A stretch of 64,000 nt of DNA from a virus (taxonomy: Duplodnaviria; Caudoviricetes), in the IMG/VR virus record IMGVR_UViG_3300037780_000034, positions 32,001 to 96,000 of that record; one strand, given 5' to 3'. The notes beneath the pieces are model-generated. The model was not told the origin of the DNA and ran no database searches. It saw only the letters and a program-made list of their open reading frames with translations. How positions within the stretch are numbered: the first letter of the stretch is position 1; every line of letters begins with the position of its first letter. Positions 9,202-18,927 of this stretch are shown one piece after another. Position numbers and translations under genes: made by a program.

Positions 9202-9636
9202 ATGTCTACTAAGTATTATCAAGGATATTATGAATTAAAAAATCCATCAAAATATGTTGGAAAAAATAAACCATATTTTAGATCGTCTTGGGAAAAGCAC
9301 GTTATGAAAATGTTTGATGAACATCCCAGTATAACATTATGGGCGAGTGAATCCATAAGAATTCCATATAGAAATCCTTATACAAACAAAATGACTACAT
9401 ATGTTCCAGATTTTTTAATAATATATGTTGATCAAGATGGAAATAAAAAAGCAGAATTGATTGAAGTTAAACCACATAATCAAATATTAGGAAATTCAAA
9501 AAGAAAACGCGATAAACATTTTGCATTATTGAATGAAGAAAAATGGAAAATGGCAAGATTATGGTGCAAAGAACAAGGTATGGAATTTAGAATAATAACT
9601 GAAAATGAAATTTTTAGATCACCGAAAAAAGGATAA
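9202..9636 (+). CDS. head completion nuclease (T4 gp4-like, TnsA-type)
   Basis: YQG.Y..KNPSKYVG, FRSSWE, WASESIRIPY, YVPDF, LIEVKP. Confidence 0.9.
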   Translation: MSTKYYQGYYELKNPSKYVGKNKPYFRSSWEKHVMKMFDEHPSITLWASESIRIPYRNPYTNKMTTYVPDFLIIYVDQDGNKKAELIEVKPHNQILGNSKRKRDKHFALLNEEKWKMARLWCKEQGMEFRIITENEIFRSPKKG

Positions 9637-9639
9637 TTT

Positions 9640-10203
9640 ATGAAACATAAACTTGAAGAAATATTAAATTTACCAGAATATAATGAAACATCTGATGAAT
9701 TTAAAATTGATATATCAGAAGATGAAGAAGATACCCAAGAGTTAAATACGTATGATATTCAAGATTTGCAAGACATTTATTTGGAAATAGATAAGATAGA
9801 TCAATCTTTAGGAACAGTTCGCGGATTGGATATGCTAGACAGCGAAATGGATGATCTTGCTAACAAATCATTAGATACATTTGATAAACTTATAAAGATG
9901 GGTGATCAATTAGAAGATAGACATATAGCTTCTGTATATGATGCAGCATCTAAACTTATGGGAAATGCTATAAGTGCAAAACAATCAAAGATGGATAGAA
10001 AATTAAAGGCTATACAATTGCAAATACAAAAAGCAAAAGTAGATCACGAAAACAGAAAATTAGATTTCAAAATAAAAGAAAGAAGAGATAGAGGTGATGA
10101 TGCAAGACCATTAGAAGGAAATGCAGAATCTATAGAAATAAGTAGAACTGAATTACTAAGACAAATTCTTTCAAAAAATATAAATAATTCAAAAGAGGGA
10201 TAA
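9640..10203 (+). CDS. probable terminase small subunit (gp16-like)
   Basis: Helical core ..ASVYDAASKLM.. and C-terminal SRTELLRQIL resemble gp16; lies near terL. Confidence 0.5.
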   Translation: MKHKLEEILNLPEYNETSDEFKIDISEDEEDTQELNTYDIQDLQDIYLEIDKIDQSLGTVRGLDMLDSEMDDLANKSLDTFDKLIKMGDQLEDRHIASVYDAASKLMGNAISAKQSKMDRKLKAIQLQIQKAKVDHENRKLDFKIKERRDRGDDARPLEGNAESIEISRTELLRQILSKNINNSKEG

Positions 10204-10206
10204 AAA

Positions 10207-10737
10207 ATGAAAAGATTGCATCATTACTTAATGGAAAGTCAAAAAATAAACGAGTTTCGTCTTAAAACTATTGTAGAACTTTCAGAAGATCAATTAGATA
10301 AACTTGAAAGTCATTTAAGAAAATACGAAGCATTTGATATAGAAACTCCAAAAAGAACTATATTACAATCTGCTCCTTTAGATTTTTATAACAGAGGGTC
10401 AAATGAAGTGTATATAATAGATTTTAAAACTAAACTTCCATTATCCCCAACTGTTTTGGTAAATGAATTAGTTTCAAAATTAGGAATATCAGAAGGTGAT
10501 GTTCGTGTTAGAAATCGTGCAGAACCTGCTGAAGAACTTGATCAAATACACAGAGAAGAAAATGTAGAAGGTTATAAAGAACCAAACTATAAGCCAAGAT
10601 TGCTTGATCCTGATTATAAAGAATATAAAAATCCAAAAGCAGAAGATTATCACGGAGAAAAACATAAAACTAAATTTTTGCGTGATATAGAAAAATCAAG
10701 AAAAGATTTAACAAAAGAATACAAGATAAAAAAATAA
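10207..10737 (+). CDS. hypothetical, probable virion protein
   Basis: 176 aa in a late operon. Confidence 0.75.
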   Translation: MKRLHHYLMESQKINEFRLKTIVELSEDQLDKLESHLRKYEAFDIETPKRTILQSAPLDFYNRGSNEVYIIDFKTKLPLSPTVLVNELVSKLGISEGDVRVRNRAEPAEELDQIHREENVEGYKEPNYKPRLLDPDYKEYKNPKAEDYHGEKHKTKFLRDIEKSRKDLTKEYKIKK

Positions 10738-10749
10738 TAGGAGAAAAAT

Positions 10750-11187
10750 ATGACAATTACGATAAATGCAGATTCTGTTGAAGAATTAAAATATTTAGCA
10801 GGATTGATTAACAAAAGTGATACTATGCAAAATGATCCTGTTATTGATGATCCAAAAGTTAATTCTTACAGTGATAATGATATGATGCCTATGCCTACTA
10901 AAGCTGCTGCTCCTTGTGGAACATCCGATCCTATGAGCGACATATTGTCAAAATTAAAAAATATAGAAGCACGTGATCCAAAATTAGTTGGAGAAGAATG
11001 GGCAAACAGCACAGATTCTTTTGACGGAGAACCAAGAGAATTAGAACAGCCAAAAGGTGAAATAGTTGATACAAGTTTAAGACGCTATCTTAAAGCAAAA
11101 GGCGATCACGTTACGGTTGATGAAGGAACCCACACTATACATTCAATGGTAGAATCATATAATAAATTTAAAAATAACACAAAATAA
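10750..11187 (+). CDS. hypothetical, probable virion protein
   Basis: 145 aa; AGGAG RBS. Confidence 0.75.
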   Translation: MTITINADSVEELKYLAGLINKSDTMQNDPVIDDPKVNSYSDNDMMPMPTKAAAPCGTSDPMSDILSKLKNIEARDPKLVGEEWANSTDSFDGEPRELEQPKGEIVDTSLRRYLKAKGDHVTVDEGTHTIHSMVESYNKFKNNTK

Positions 11188-11217
11188 CACAAAATAACAC
11201 AAAATAACACAAAATAA
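11171..11217 (+). repeat. tandem 10-mer (AAAATAACAC) x4.7
   Basis: Read directly; includes the stop codon of the upstream gene. Confidence 0.95.
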
Positions 11218-11230
11218 TATATAATAAACT

Positions 11231-11257
11231 AAAAAATCTGGCTTGGTCAGATTTTTT
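11231..11257 (+). terminator. intrinsic terminator (bidirectional-type)
   Basis: AAAAAATCTGGC-TTG-GTCAGATTTTTT. Confidence 0.8.
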
Positions 11258-11277
11258 AATGACATAAATTAGTTATC

Positions 11278-11285
11278 TATAAATA
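11278..11285 (+). promoter_or_regulatory. T4-like late promoter TATAAATA
   Basis: Exact match 25 nt upstream of terL. Confidence 0.75.
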
Positions 11286-11309
11286 TAATTAAATATCAAG
11301 GATAATAAA

Positions 11310-12884
11310 ATGTCAACTGTCAATAATTCATTAATAAAAATACCACACAAAGATGATATATTAAATGCTCATCAAATAACGGAATTTGCAAAATGTGTAG
11401 AAGACCCAAAGTATTTTATAAAAAATTATTGTTATCTACAACATCCAACAAAAGGCAAAATGAAGTTTTCATTATATGAATATCAAGAGAGACTCATTGA
11501 TGTATATCACGGATACAGAAATAGTATAAGTATGTTGCCTAGACAAAGTGGCAAATCACAATGTGCTGCTGCATATTTGCTATGGTATGCAATGTTTAAA
11601 CCAGATAGCACTATTCTTATAGCTGCTCACGTCTTCCGTGGTGCACAAGAAATTATGGGAAGAATACGTTTCATTTATGAAAATATTCCAAACCATATTC
11701 GTGCTGGTGTTGTTGCATATAATCGTGGTAGTATAGAATTTGATAATGGTAGTAGAATTGTTGCACAAGCCACAACAGAAAATACAGGTCGTGGTATGGC
11801 ACTTACCCTTGTATATTTGGACGAATTTGCATTCGTTGGACCTAATATTGCAAGCGAATTTTGGACTTCACTTAGTCCTACTTTATCAACAGGTGGGCGT
11901 TGTATAATAACCAGCACACCTAACCAAGACAATGATCAATTTGCACAAATTTGGCATCAAGCTAATAAAAATATTGATGAATTTGGTAACGAGCGTGATG
12001 TAGGCATTAATGGATTCAAACATTTTATTGCACATTGGAATGAACATCCTGATCGTGATGAAAAATGGGCAGAAGAAGAACGTGGAAAGATTGGCGATGA
12101 AAGATTTTTAAGAGAATTTGAATTAAAGTTTATTGCATATGATGAAACACTAATAAACAGTATATTTTTAAGTAATATGTTTGAAGGATTTGAACCAAAT
12201 CATAAAACAGGTCAAGTAAGATGGTATAAACCAATTCAAGATGATAAAACTTATATAGTATCACTTGACCCGAGTCTCGGGACTGGTGGTGATTATTCTG
12301 CGATACAAGTATTAATATTACCAGACCTTGAACAAGTTGCAGAATGGCAAAGTAATATGACTCCTATAAAAGGACAAATAACAGTATTAAAACAAATTTG
12401 TGAATATATTAAATCTGAAACAAAGGCAAGTGAAATATATTGGAGTGTAGAAAACAATAGTATTGGTGAAGCTTGCTTAGTAACTATACAAGAATTAGGT
12501 GAAGAAAATATTCCCGGTTTATTTTTGTCACAACCTAAGAAGATGGACGGTATTAAAAAATCTAAAAAATATAGAAAAGGATTTACTACTACTCATACCA
12601 GCAAACTTGCTGCTTGTGCAAGATTAAAAAATTGGATTGAAAGTGACAAATTAAAAATAAATAGTAAAAATTTAGTTAGAGAATTAAAAACATTTGTTTC
12701 CAGAGGAACAACATATAAAGCAAAAGAAGGCGAAACTGATGATCTAGTTATGGCACTTATATTAAGTGTAAGAATGATAGAAGTTATTGCCAGATATGAC
12801 GAAGATATGTTTGAAGATATAAAAAATACATTTGATGACGACGACGAATATTATAATGAACCAATGCCGGTTGGATTTTTATAA
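11310..12884 (+). CDS. terL: terminase large subunit (gp17-like)
   Basis: YLQHPTKG, Walker A LPRQSGKS, Walker B VYLDEFAF, nuclease SLDPS, DDLVMA. Confidence 0.95.
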   Translation: MSTVNNSLIKIPHKDDILNAHQITEFAKCVEDPKYFIKNYCYLQHPTKGKMKFSLYEYQERLIDVYHGYRNSISMLPRQSGKSQCAAAYLLWYAMFKPDSTILIAAHVFRGAQEIMGRIRFIYENIPNHIRAGVVAYNRGSIEFDNGSRIVAQATTENTGRGMALTLVYLDEFAFVGPNIASEFWTSLSPTLSTGGRCIITSTPNQDNDQFAQIWHQANKNIDEFGNERDVGINGFKHFIAHWNEHPDRDEKWAEEERGKIGDERFLREFELKFIAYDETLINSIFLSNMFEGFEPNHKTGQVRWYKPIQDDKTYIVSLDPSLGTGGDYSAIQVLILPDLEQVAEWQSNMTPIKGQITVLKQICEYIKSETKASEIYWSVENNSIGEACLVTIQELGEENIPGLFLSQPKKMDGIKKSKKYRKGFTTTHTSKLAACARLKNWIESDKLKINSKNLVRELKTFVSRGTTYKAKEGETDDLVMALILSVRMIEVIARYDEDMFEDIKNTFDDDDEYYNEPMPVGFL

Positions 12885-12887
12885 ATA
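12880..12887 (+). promoter_or_regulatory. late promoter TATAAATA
   Basis: Exact match overlapping the terL stop. Confidence 0.65.
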
Positions 12888-12908
12888 ATATAATAAAAAG
12901 GATTCAAA

Positions 12909-14204
12909 ATGGCAATAGACGTAAGTAAACTTTCTGAAAAAGTATTTAAAGCATTAAAATCTTATCAACTTTCTTTAACTTTGTATACTGATACTGGGGA
13001 ATCAACTGTGTCACCAAGCGAAGCAACCAGATTTTATAACGAAGAAAACAACATTATGGTTAATTTAGAGTTATCACAAGATATATATAAATTAAAAGTT
13101 AATATTGGTAACAAAAATGATATAAATGATATACGTCCATTGCTAGATATACTTAAAAACATTGCAAAAACTTATAATATACAATATTTTTTAAGAACTT
13201 ATAACAAAAAAATAACACCAAAAGATTTTTCATATCAATCAATTACTAAACCAGTTACCGAAGGATTTACTAAACCTTGGGGAACGGTAAAGACCAGTCG
13301 TAGAAAATTTGAAAATGCAACTTTGTATATAAAGCACAGCAAAAGAGTAGATGAACAAAAAAGAGGAAGTCGTTCTCGTAATATTAAATCTATGTTCATA
13401 GAAAATTCAGAAGGAGAAAGATTTAAATTTCCTTATAAAAATATATCTGCTGCAAAGTCAATGTGTATTCATATCAATGAAGGCGGAACACCATATGACG
13501 AAGCAGGAAGAGCAATATTAAATATAACAAAAGAACACGAGCAATTAAAAGAATATTATTTTAAAGTAACAAAGCAAGGTTCTTTGAATGAAAATGCTAC
13601 CCTGCTAATAGAAAAAATTAAAGATAGAATTTTTGAGTTAAAAACAAAAATAAAATCTATGAACAGTAAATCAGGATATAAAAACTTTTTTGAAAATTAT
13701 TCAGAAAATGTGTCAGAAAGTGATTTTTCTGTTGACATATTACAAGAGTATGATATAGTATCAGAAGATATAAACGAAGAAGTAATACCATACTTGAAAA
13801 GTATAGCACACAACCTAAAAGAATCTACTGAAAAAGAAAAAAGTTTAGAAGACTTTTTTAAGCAATTTGCAAACGGAAAAGAATTCATAATATCTTCTCC
13901 GATTGTAAACACTGATCCAGATAATCCGGTAAATCTTAAGTTTAATGATATTAAATCAAGATTATCTTCTTTGTCTGGATATCTATCAACTTTGGCATCT
14001 GACCAAGATACATCTAATTATTTAAGACAACTAAGTGATGATGTTTATCGTTTCGGAAAAAAACACATAGATTTTGCAGAAAAACTATTGACATTTCTGA
14101 AAAATTATGCTAAAGTTAATTCAGATTTAGAGATTAAAAAAGAATCAATTTCTGAATCTGCGGTTAACAAAGTTATTAAAGAATTAAATAAATTTGATTT
14201 ATGA
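12909..14204 (+). CDS. hypothetical, probable virion protein
   Basis: 431 aa after a late promoter. Confidence 0.8.
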   Translation: MAIDVSKLSEKVFKALKSYQLSLTLYTDTGESTVSPSEATRFYNEENNIMVNLELSQDIYKLKVNIGNKNDINDIRPLLDILKNIAKTYNIQYFLRTYNKKITPKDFSYQSITKPVTEGFTKPWGTVKTSRRKFENATLYIKHSKRVDEQKRGSRSRNIKSMFIENSEGERFKFPYKNISAAKSMCIHINEGGTPYDEAGRAILNITKEHEQLKEYYFKVTKQGSLNENATLLIEKIKDRIFELKTKIKSMNSKSGYKNFFENYSENVSESDFSVDILQEYDIVSEDINEEVIPYLKSIAHNLKESTEKEKSLEDFFKQFANGKEFIISSPIVNTDPDNPVNLKFNDIKSRLSSLSGYLSTLASDQDTSNYLRQLSDDVYRFGKKHIDFAEKLLTFLKNYAKVNSDLEIKKESISESAVNKVIKELNKFDL

Positions 14205-14290
14205 CTAACATTAACTAATATAGACTAATATAGACTAATATAGACTAACATTAACTAATATAAACTAATATGGCTAACATTAACTAATAT
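14204..14290 (+). repeat. nine ~10-nt tandem repeats (RCTAAYA core) directly upstream of the SSB RBS
   Basis: ACTAACATTA/ACTAATATAG units ending at AGGAG 14291. Confidence 0.95.
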
Positions 14291-14301
14291 AGGAGAAAAT
14301 A

Positions 14302-15285
14302 ATGGCAACACTAGCAGAAATTAGAAAAAACCTTCTTGAACAAGAAAACAAAAATAAGAATAATTCAGGAGGTTATTCCGACAACACAATTTATCCATTC
14401 TGGAACATACCAGAGGGTAGCACTGCAACCCTTCGTTTCCTACCAGATGGCGATGAAGAAAATATATATTTTTGGCGTGAACGTCAAATGATCAAAATAC
14501 CTTTCAGTGGTGTAAAAGGTATGGATGAAACAAAATCAGTAACAGTAACAGTTCCTTGTATGGAAATGTGGAATGAAAAATGTCCAGTTCACGATGAAAT
14601 TCGTCCTTGGTTCAAAGATGCAAGTATGGAAGATATGGCAAGAACTTATTGGAAAAAACGTAGTTATCTTTTCCAAGGATTTGTCGTAGATTCACTATAT
14701 AAAGAAGATACACCACCAGAAAATCCAATTCGCAGATTTATAATTGGTGCAGAAATCTTTAACATAATTAAAGCTGCACTAATGGACCCAGACTTTGATG
14801 AAATTCCTACTGATTTTGAAGGCGGAACTGATTTTCGTGTTACAAAAACACAAAAAGGTCAATATGCAAGTTATTCAACTTCATCTTGGGCACGTAGGTC
14901 TCGCAGTCTATCACAAGAAGAAAGAAATAACATTGATCAATTTGGTTTGTTTAATCTAAACGATTTTCTTCCAAAAAAACCAGGAGAAGAAGAGTTAAAA
15001 GCTATTTTTCAAATGTTTGAAGATAGCGTTGAAGGCCAACTATATGACCCAGAAAAATATTCTAAATTTTATAAACCATCTGGGGTAGAGTTAGATAATA
15101 ATTCATCACCAACAGCAACAGAAGAACAAGAAAGTATTAAACCTTCAACTTCAAAACAAAAAGTCAAAGAAGTTACAGAAGTTACAGAAGTTGCTGATAA
15201 TGACGAAACTGAAAAATCTTCAAAAACAAAGTCTGCACAAGATGTATTGGCAATGATTCGTAACAGAAACACCACTGCACAATAA
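14302..15285 (+). CDS. ssb: single-stranded DNA-binding protein (gp32-like)
   Basis: LRFLPD, CPV, YWKKRSY, RRFIIG, G.DF, YSTSSW; charged low-complexity C-terminal region. Confidence 0.9.
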   Translation: MATLAEIRKNLLEQENKNKNNSGGYSDNTIYPFWNIPEGSTATLRFLPDGDEENIYFWRERQMIKIPFSGVKGMDETKSVTVTVPCMEMWNEKCPVHDEIRPWFKDASMEDMARTYWKKRSYLFQGFVVDSLYKEDTPPENPIRRFIIGAEIFNIIKAALMDPDFDEIPTDFEGGTDFRVTKTQKGQYASYSTSSWARRSRSLSQEERNNIDQFGLFNLNDFLPKKPGEEELKAIFQMFEDSVEGQLYDPEKYSKFYKPSGVELDNNSSPTATEEQESIKPSTSKQKVKEVTEVTEVADNDETEKSSKTKSAQDVLAMIRNRNTTAQ

Positions 15286-15310
15286 AATTATCTTTAAAAC
15301 TATAAACATA

Positions 15311-15340
15311 TTAGGAGCAGTTTATATTGCTCCTAACTTT
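15311..15340 (+). terminator. intrinsic terminator
   Basis: TTAGGAGCA-loop-TGCTCCTAA followed by a T-rich tract. Confidence 0.85.
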
Positions 15341-15359
15341 TAATTATTTGGAGAAAAAT

Positions 15360-16451
15360 ATGGTAAAACCATTTGACGTGTCAAAATTTAGAAAAAATAT
15401 AACAAAAAGTGTTCCGGGTATGAGTGCAGGATTTCGTGATCCAAAAGTGTGGATTTCTACTGGAAATTATGTATTAAACAAATTAATAAGTGGAGACTTT
15501 TATAAAGGTATTCCACTCGGAAAAGTTTCTGTTTTTTCTGGTGAGTCAGGTGCGGGAAAGTCGTATATGGCAAGTGGCAATATTATTAAACACGCACAAG
15601 AACAAGATATATATTGCATTCTCATAGATACAGAAAACGCACTGGATGAATCTTGGCTAAAGGCATTGGGTGTTGACACAAGTGAAGATAAACTATTAAA
15701 ATTAAATATGGCAATGATAGACGATGTTGCTAAAATAATCAGTGACTTTGTAAAAAGCTATAAAGAAGATTATGGCGACAAACCAGAAGATGAAAGACCA
15801 AAAGTATTGTTTGTTATTGATAGTATCGGTATGTTAATGACACCTACAGATGTTGATCAATTTAATAAGGGTGACTTAAAAGGGGATATGGGCCGCCGCC
15901 CTCGTGCATTGAAAGCATTAGTTACTAATTGTGTTAATATGTTTGGAGAATACGATATTGGTATGGTGGCGACTAACCATAGTTATGAAAGTCAAGATAT
16001 GTTTAATCCCGATCCAAAAATGTCTGGCGGAAGTGGATTTCAGTATGCCAGTAGTATACTCATAATGTTAAATAAATTAAAATTAAAAGTAGATGAAAAA
16101 GGAACTAAAACATCTGCCGTTCACGGTATTCGTGCAGTATGCAAAGTAATCAAAACACGTTATGCAAAACCATTTGAAAAAGTTGAATTAGAAATTCCAT
16201 ATTCAACTGGACTTGATCCATATAGCGGAATGTTTTCTTATTCACTTAGTAAAGGTGTTTTATCTAAAACAGGAAATAAGTATGAATATATTGATAAAAA
16301 TGGAGAGGTTCATAAATATTTTCAAAAAGAATATGACAAAAATACTAATGGTATACTTGATTTAATACTTTCTGAATGGGATGAACAATATGACACAAGA
16401 GAACAAGATTTATCAGCAGAACAAGAATACCCTGATACAAATGATAAATGA
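15360..16451 (+). CDS. uvsX: RecA-like recombinase UvsX (start revised to ATG 15360)
   Basis: Walker A GESGAGKS, IDTENA, FVIDSIG, SGG.GFQYASS, KTRYAKPF; GGAG RBS. Confidence 0.95.
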   Translation: MVKPFDVSKFRKNITKSVPGMSAGFRDPKVWISTGNYVLNKLISGDFYKGIPLGKVSVFSGESGAGKSYMASGNIIKHAQEQDIYCILIDTENALDESWLKALGVDTSEDKLLKLNMAMIDDVAKIISDFVKSYKEDYGDKPEDERPKVLFVIDSIGMLMTPTDVDQFNKGDLKGDMGRRPRALKALVTNCVNMFGEYDIGMVATNHSYESQDMFNPDPKMSGGSGFQYASSILIMLNKLKLKVDEKGTKTSAVHGIRAVCKVIKTRYAKPFEKVELEIPYSTGLDPYSGMFSYSLSKGVLSKTGNKYEYIDKNGEVHKYFQKEYDKNTNGILDLILSEWDEQYDTREQDLSAEQEYPDTNDK

Positions 16452-18168
16452 CGCCAATGGCGTCATTCCTAATAGAATAATATTAAACTGTCATCATCCT
16501 GAAATTTTATCAGAAATAGAAAAAAATTGGCCAACAGAGTTGACACCAAAAAGATTTTCAGAAAAGGTGTATCACTATTTGTTTCCAGAAAAAACAATAT
16601 GTGATTACGGAAATCACAAAACTTTTGAAAGTTATAACAAAGGTTATTTTTTTTGCCAAAAGCATTGTAATTGTGCAAAAGAATCCAGAAAGAAAACAAT
16701 GATTGAAAGATATGGAACGGAATATCCGTTACAATCTGAAACATTAAAAGAAAAATTTAAAAATACTCTAGTTGAACGATATGGTGTTGATAATATAAAT
16801 GCAATGACTATAGAAAAACGTGAAACAACAAATTTGAAAAAATATGGTGTCAAATATCCTTTACAATCTAACGAAATTCTTTTAAAAATTGAAAAAACAA
16901 ATGTAGAAAAATATGGTATAAAATATCCATTTCAAGATAAAGAAATTCAAGAAAAGATAAAACAAACTATTTTAGAAAAATATGGTGTATCTACTGTGTT
17001 GGTATTAGAGGAAAATCAAAAAAAATCAAAAAAAGTAATAAACGAAAAATATGGGTCAAATAGTTCATTTTCTTCATTAGAAGTTCAAAACAAAAGAAAA
17101 GAAACTTTGTTAAAAAAATATGGAGTAAGCCATCAATCACAAATACATATTGACCCAATTAAAGTAAATGAACTAAATGATGAAACAAAATTCATAGAAA
17201 TATATAATTCATTTGAACGAGTTAGTGAAATTATGAAATATTTCGGAGTTGGTGAAACCACTATTCATCAACGAGCAAAAAAACTTGGACTTCCTTTAAA
17301 GTATAATACTATTTCTAATGAAGAAGCAGAATTAGTAGATTTTTTATCTAATTATACTATTGTAGAACAGAGTAGGCGTGATATAATTTCTCCTAAAGAA
17401 ATAGATATTTGGCTACCTGAATATAATATTGGAATAGAATATGATGGACTTTATTACCACAGCACAAAAAATGATAGAATTACACCTACATATCATTTAA
17501 AGAAAACAGAAAATGCTAACTGCTTAGGACATAGACTAATACATATTTTTTCAGATGAGTGGATATATAAAAAAGATATTGTTAAAAGTAGATTGTTAAA
17601 TATATTGAACAAAACTGAAAACATTATATATGCAAGAAATACTAAAATAAGAAATTTGAATAATTTACAAAGCAAATCTTTTTTAGAACAAAATCATATA
17701 CAAGGAAATTGCAATTCACATCACAAATATGGATTGTTTTATAATGACGAATTAGTTTCTGTTATGACGTTTGGGGTTCCTCGTTTTAACAAAAACTATG
17801 ATTGGGAATTATTAAGATTCTGTAATAAAACCAATTTTTCTGTCGTTGGCGGTGCCAGTAAACTATTAAATCACTTTATAAAAAATCATAATTCATCAAT
17901 AATATCATATGCAGACCGTAGATGGAGTGATGGAAATTTATATAACCAGCTTGGATTTGTGTTTTTACATAATTCAACTCCAAATTATTATTATATTATC
18001 GGAACAAAAAGAGAAAGTAGAAACAAATATCAAAAACACAAATTAAAAAAACTTTTACCGATATATGATTCATTATTATCGGAAAAGATAAATATGGAAA
18101 ACAATGGTTACTACAGAATTTATGATTGTGGCAATTCTGTATGGGAATATAGAAATAAGGAAAATTAA
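16441..18168 (+). CDS. free-standing Hef-like homing endonuclease (KYG repeats + PD-(D/E)XK + GNAT-like C-terminus); start 16441 or 16381
   Basis: About nine (E/K)(R/K)YG repeats; EIDIWLPEYNIGIEYDGLYYH; FLEQNHIQG, WELLRFC, GGASKL, SYADRRWS, YDCGN. Confidence 0.75.
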   Translation: MINDANGVIPNRIILNCHHPEILSEIEKNWPTELTPKRFSEKVYHYLFPEKTICDYGNHKTFESYNKGYFFCQKHCNCAKESRKKTMIERYGTEYPLQSETLKEKFKNTLVERYGVDNINAMTIEKRETTNLKKYGVKYPLQSNEILLKIEKTNVEKYGIKYPFQDKEIQEKIKQTILEKYGVSTVLVLEENQKKSKKVINEKYGSNSSFSSLEVQNKRKETLLKKYGVSHQSQIHIDPIKVNELNDETKFIEIYNSFERVSEIMKYFGVGETTIHQRAKKLGLPLKYNTISNEEAELVDFLSNYTIVEQSRRDIISPKEIDIWLPEYNIGIEYDGLYYHSTKNDRITPTYHLKKTENANCLGHRLIHIFSDEWIYKKDIVKSRLLNILNKTENIIYARNTKIRNLNNLQSKSFLEQNHIQGNCNSHHKYGLFYNDELVSVMTFGVPRFNKNYDWELLRFCNKTNFSVVGGASKLLNHFIKNHNSSIISYADRRWSDGNLYNQLGFVFLHNSTPNYYYIIGTKRESRNKYQKHKLKKLLPIYDSLLSEKINMENNGYYRIYDCGNSVWEYRNKEN

Positions 18169-18169
18169 A

Positions 18170-18403
18170 ATGGAAAAAATTGAAATGATTTTAGAAATAT
18201 GGGATTTAATGAAATCAAACGTAAGTTCCAAAGATAGAACTATAATTGCAGAAAAATATTTGGAAATTGTTTCCAACTATGATATTGAAATAGAAAAATT
18301 TAAAGATGATTTTTCTGATCATTGCACTATACTTGCATCTGTAATAAGAGAAAATTATGAAGATAGCTATTATGATGAGTATGAAGAAGATTATGAGGAA
18401 TAA
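18170..18403 (+). CDS. small acidic protein (start revised to ATG 18170)
   Basis: AAGGA RBS; acidic C-terminus. Confidence 0.7.
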   Translation: MEKIEMILEIWDLMKSNVSSKDRTIIAEKYLEIVSNYDIEIEKFKDDFSDHCTILASVIRENYEDSYYDEYEEDYEE

Positions 18404-18405
18404 TT

Positions 18406-18864
18406 ATGTCCGGTTGGCTAACCAAAGTAAGAGAAGATACTACTAATATAGTAAACGCTATATCATATTATGAAAAACAAATTCAAGAAGGCAGAAAAGA
18501 ATTATCTTTAAAAGGTGTGTTGGAAAAGCACGCAAGAGATATGCCAGGAATTGTTGAGTATAGATTTTATCAACTTCAAGAGATAGAATCTATACTTGAA
18601 TATCTTAATATAGAGTTAAAAAAATTAAGAAGTAAAGAATTTAAAAAGTTTATAGAAAATTATAATCGTCAACTTTCCAGTCGTGACGCAGAGAGATATG
18701 TTGATGGTGTAGATGAGGTAGTAAATATGCATCATCTTATTAACGAGTTTTCTTTAATAAGAAATCAGATGCAAGGAATTATTAAAGCGTTAGATCAACG
18801 TTCTTTTTCTATCAATAATATAATAAAATTAAGAGTTGCAGGATTAGAAGATATAGAGTTGTAA
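18406..18864 (+). CDS. uvsY: recombination mediator UvsY
   Basis: LQEIESILEYL, F.ENYNRQLSSRDAERYVDG, KALD, KLRVAGLED. Confidence 0.85.
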   Translation: MSGWLTKVREDTTNIVNAISYYEKQIQEGRKELSLKGVLEKHARDMPGIVEYRFYQLQEIESILEYLNIELKKLRSKEFKKFIENYNRQLSSRDAERYVDGVDEVVNMHHLINEFSLIRNQMQGIIKALDQRSFSINNIIKLRVAGLEDIEL

Positions 18865-18870
18865 ATCTGC

Positions 18871-18899
18871 TTGACACCTTATGCGATCTTGTGTAGTGT
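18871..18899 (+). promoter_or_regulatory. sigma70-like promoter
   Basis: TTGACA-17-TAGTGT; a TATAAT also lies at 18899-18904. Confidence 0.6.
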
Positions 18900-18927
18900 A
18901 TAATCCAAAATACAGGATGGCAGTAAG

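Noticed and set aside
14204-14290. CRISPR array
   Set aside because: The units are 10 nt with no unique spacers, so this is a tandem repeat.
15169-15195. GAAGTTACA repeat in the ssb 3' region
   Set aside because: A short in-frame slippage (EVTEVTEV) in a disordered tail; unremarkable.
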